A stretch of 64,000 nucleotides of DNA from Isurus oxyrinchus. Taxonomy: Eukaryota. Where the stretch lies: NCBI GenBank assembly GCA_026770705.1, contig JANJGN010000034.1:6448001-6512000 (forward strand), given 5' to 3'. A program made the position numbers and the translations under genes. A model generated the notes under the pieces. That model ran no database searches. It worked only from the letters and a program-made list of their open reading frames with translations, and was not told the DNA's origin. Of this stretch, positions 62,747 to 64,000 are shown in pieces. Each line of letters starts with the position of its first letter. Positions within the stretch are counted from its first letter, which is position 1.

Positions 62747-64000
62747 CCATTTGTATGCTGTTTCTAAATAATATATTGTAAATATTTATACGAGTTACCC
62801 TGGTTTCCACCAACAACACATGTCACGCTTACAGGGCAAGGGAACTTCTCTCCGCAATGGCAGCCTTGGAAGCAAAGATGGTTCTGGAGACAAAGCCGAG
62901 TTGTTCCTGTGACCAGCCCTCTGTTTGCGAGTTTGCTTCCAGGCATACCGCCATCCATGATTATCCAGCAGCCTCACGTTTGCTACTTACCTGGATGCCC
63001 TAAGTAAATATAGGCAAAGGCCATAAACCCTACTGAAGACGTGACATCTTCTGGTTTATGTCCTTTTACAGCTCTTCTGATGCCTCAAAAGACATTTCCT
63101 TCATTAGGACAACTTCCTTGAAACATTACCAGGTTTCATTGCAAAGCAATATTGGTTGATGGTTGTACATGTGCTGAGAAGGAGTAATGTGGCCATGATT
63201 TGTTCAGAAAATCTCTGTTCATGAAGTGCCATTCTACAAAATGCTCGGGATTGTATGGCAAGAAAGCTCTACATGGGGACAAATCGCTTTGGTTAATTAT
63301 TTATTCTTGAATTTGCTGCTTGAGCCTCTAACACAGACTTCATGAGGCCGAAGGCACCAATACTTGAACAATACCTTCAAGACTGCTTGAAGACTCCTCA
63401 AGCAAACGTATTCAATATTCGCGTGACTATTATCCCAGAATTTAGCCAATCATTCTATGTGTAAGCACACTCATCACTGGTACAAAAGTGCACATTTAAT
63501 TAGTGCCACAGAGAACATTTTAAATAAAAGGTTTGCCCCGGAATCTCCATTATGCTACACCCGAGAGTGAAGGCCGATGAAATAAATTATTGTGCCACAT
63601 CCAGCAAAAGATAAACACATGTGCGTCATTAGACAAATAAAGGAAGCTTGATATTTAGTTGCATGGTTAGTTAGTCAGCAATTCACTTCGATCATAGTGA
63701 GAGAGAAAATGATCCATCTCCGGCAGAGGAAGGAAAGGGATCCACATTTGTTTGCGCCAGTTTATCCCAGAACTATCCATATGTAATTGAGCAACTTCTT
63801 GAAATGGATATGATTATAACGTAAGGAAGGCGATTTAACTAATAACTCCAAAAACATCCTGGATTTAGTCTGCTGTCACTTCACTTCAACTCGCTCTAAA
63901 TGTGGGTTTCCCCAATTAGGTCGCCATTGTTATAGCCTTCCAAAGTAACTGAAGTTCTTCACTTCTCCATAGTTTTTAGAGGAATGCACAATAATCCGAT

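Noticed and set aside
62764-62990. Cys-rich minus ORF with nearby gtaagt/gtaact donor-like sites (possible exon)
   Set aside because: No convincing acceptor, no recognisable domain spacing and no partner exons; not supportable without transcript data.
1-64000. CRISPR arrays, operons, rRNA or tRNA genes, prokaryotic defence systems
   Set aside because: No regularly spaced repeats, no long ORFs (the longest is 163 aa) and no structural RNA signatures; the content is vertebrate retroelement debris.

Overview
Eukaryotic, AT-rich, non-genic DNA. The repeat families are those typical of cartilaginous fishes (shark/ray): CR1 LINEs with an esterase-type ORF1, a second CR1/L2-clade LINE, L2 3' ends, Penelope-like GIY-YIG elements and termini, and a Ty3/Gypsy gag remnant. 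The taxon is inferred from recalled family motifs, not from a search. I found no intact host gene, rRNA, tRNA or CRISPR array. Nearly all listed ORFs are sense or antisense pieces of decayed retroelements, or microsatellite read-through. The dominant structure is an old tandem segmental duplication. Three partial copies of one ancestral block lie at about 22.7-36.7 kb, 36.9-47.6 kb and 51.9-56.6 kb, with reciprocal deletions and copy-specific insertions. The notable observations are: (i) the paralogous copies differ mostly by transversions, with few indels; (ii) a perfect 70-bp templated insertion with inverted-repeat flanks lies inside a CR1; (iii) the Penelope termini carry relics of minimal hammerhead ribozymes; (iv) all long (TG)n/(GA)n tracts lie on the + strand. 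Element boundaries are estimated by eye (about +/-50-100 bp). I cannot support a new gene-encoded system here.
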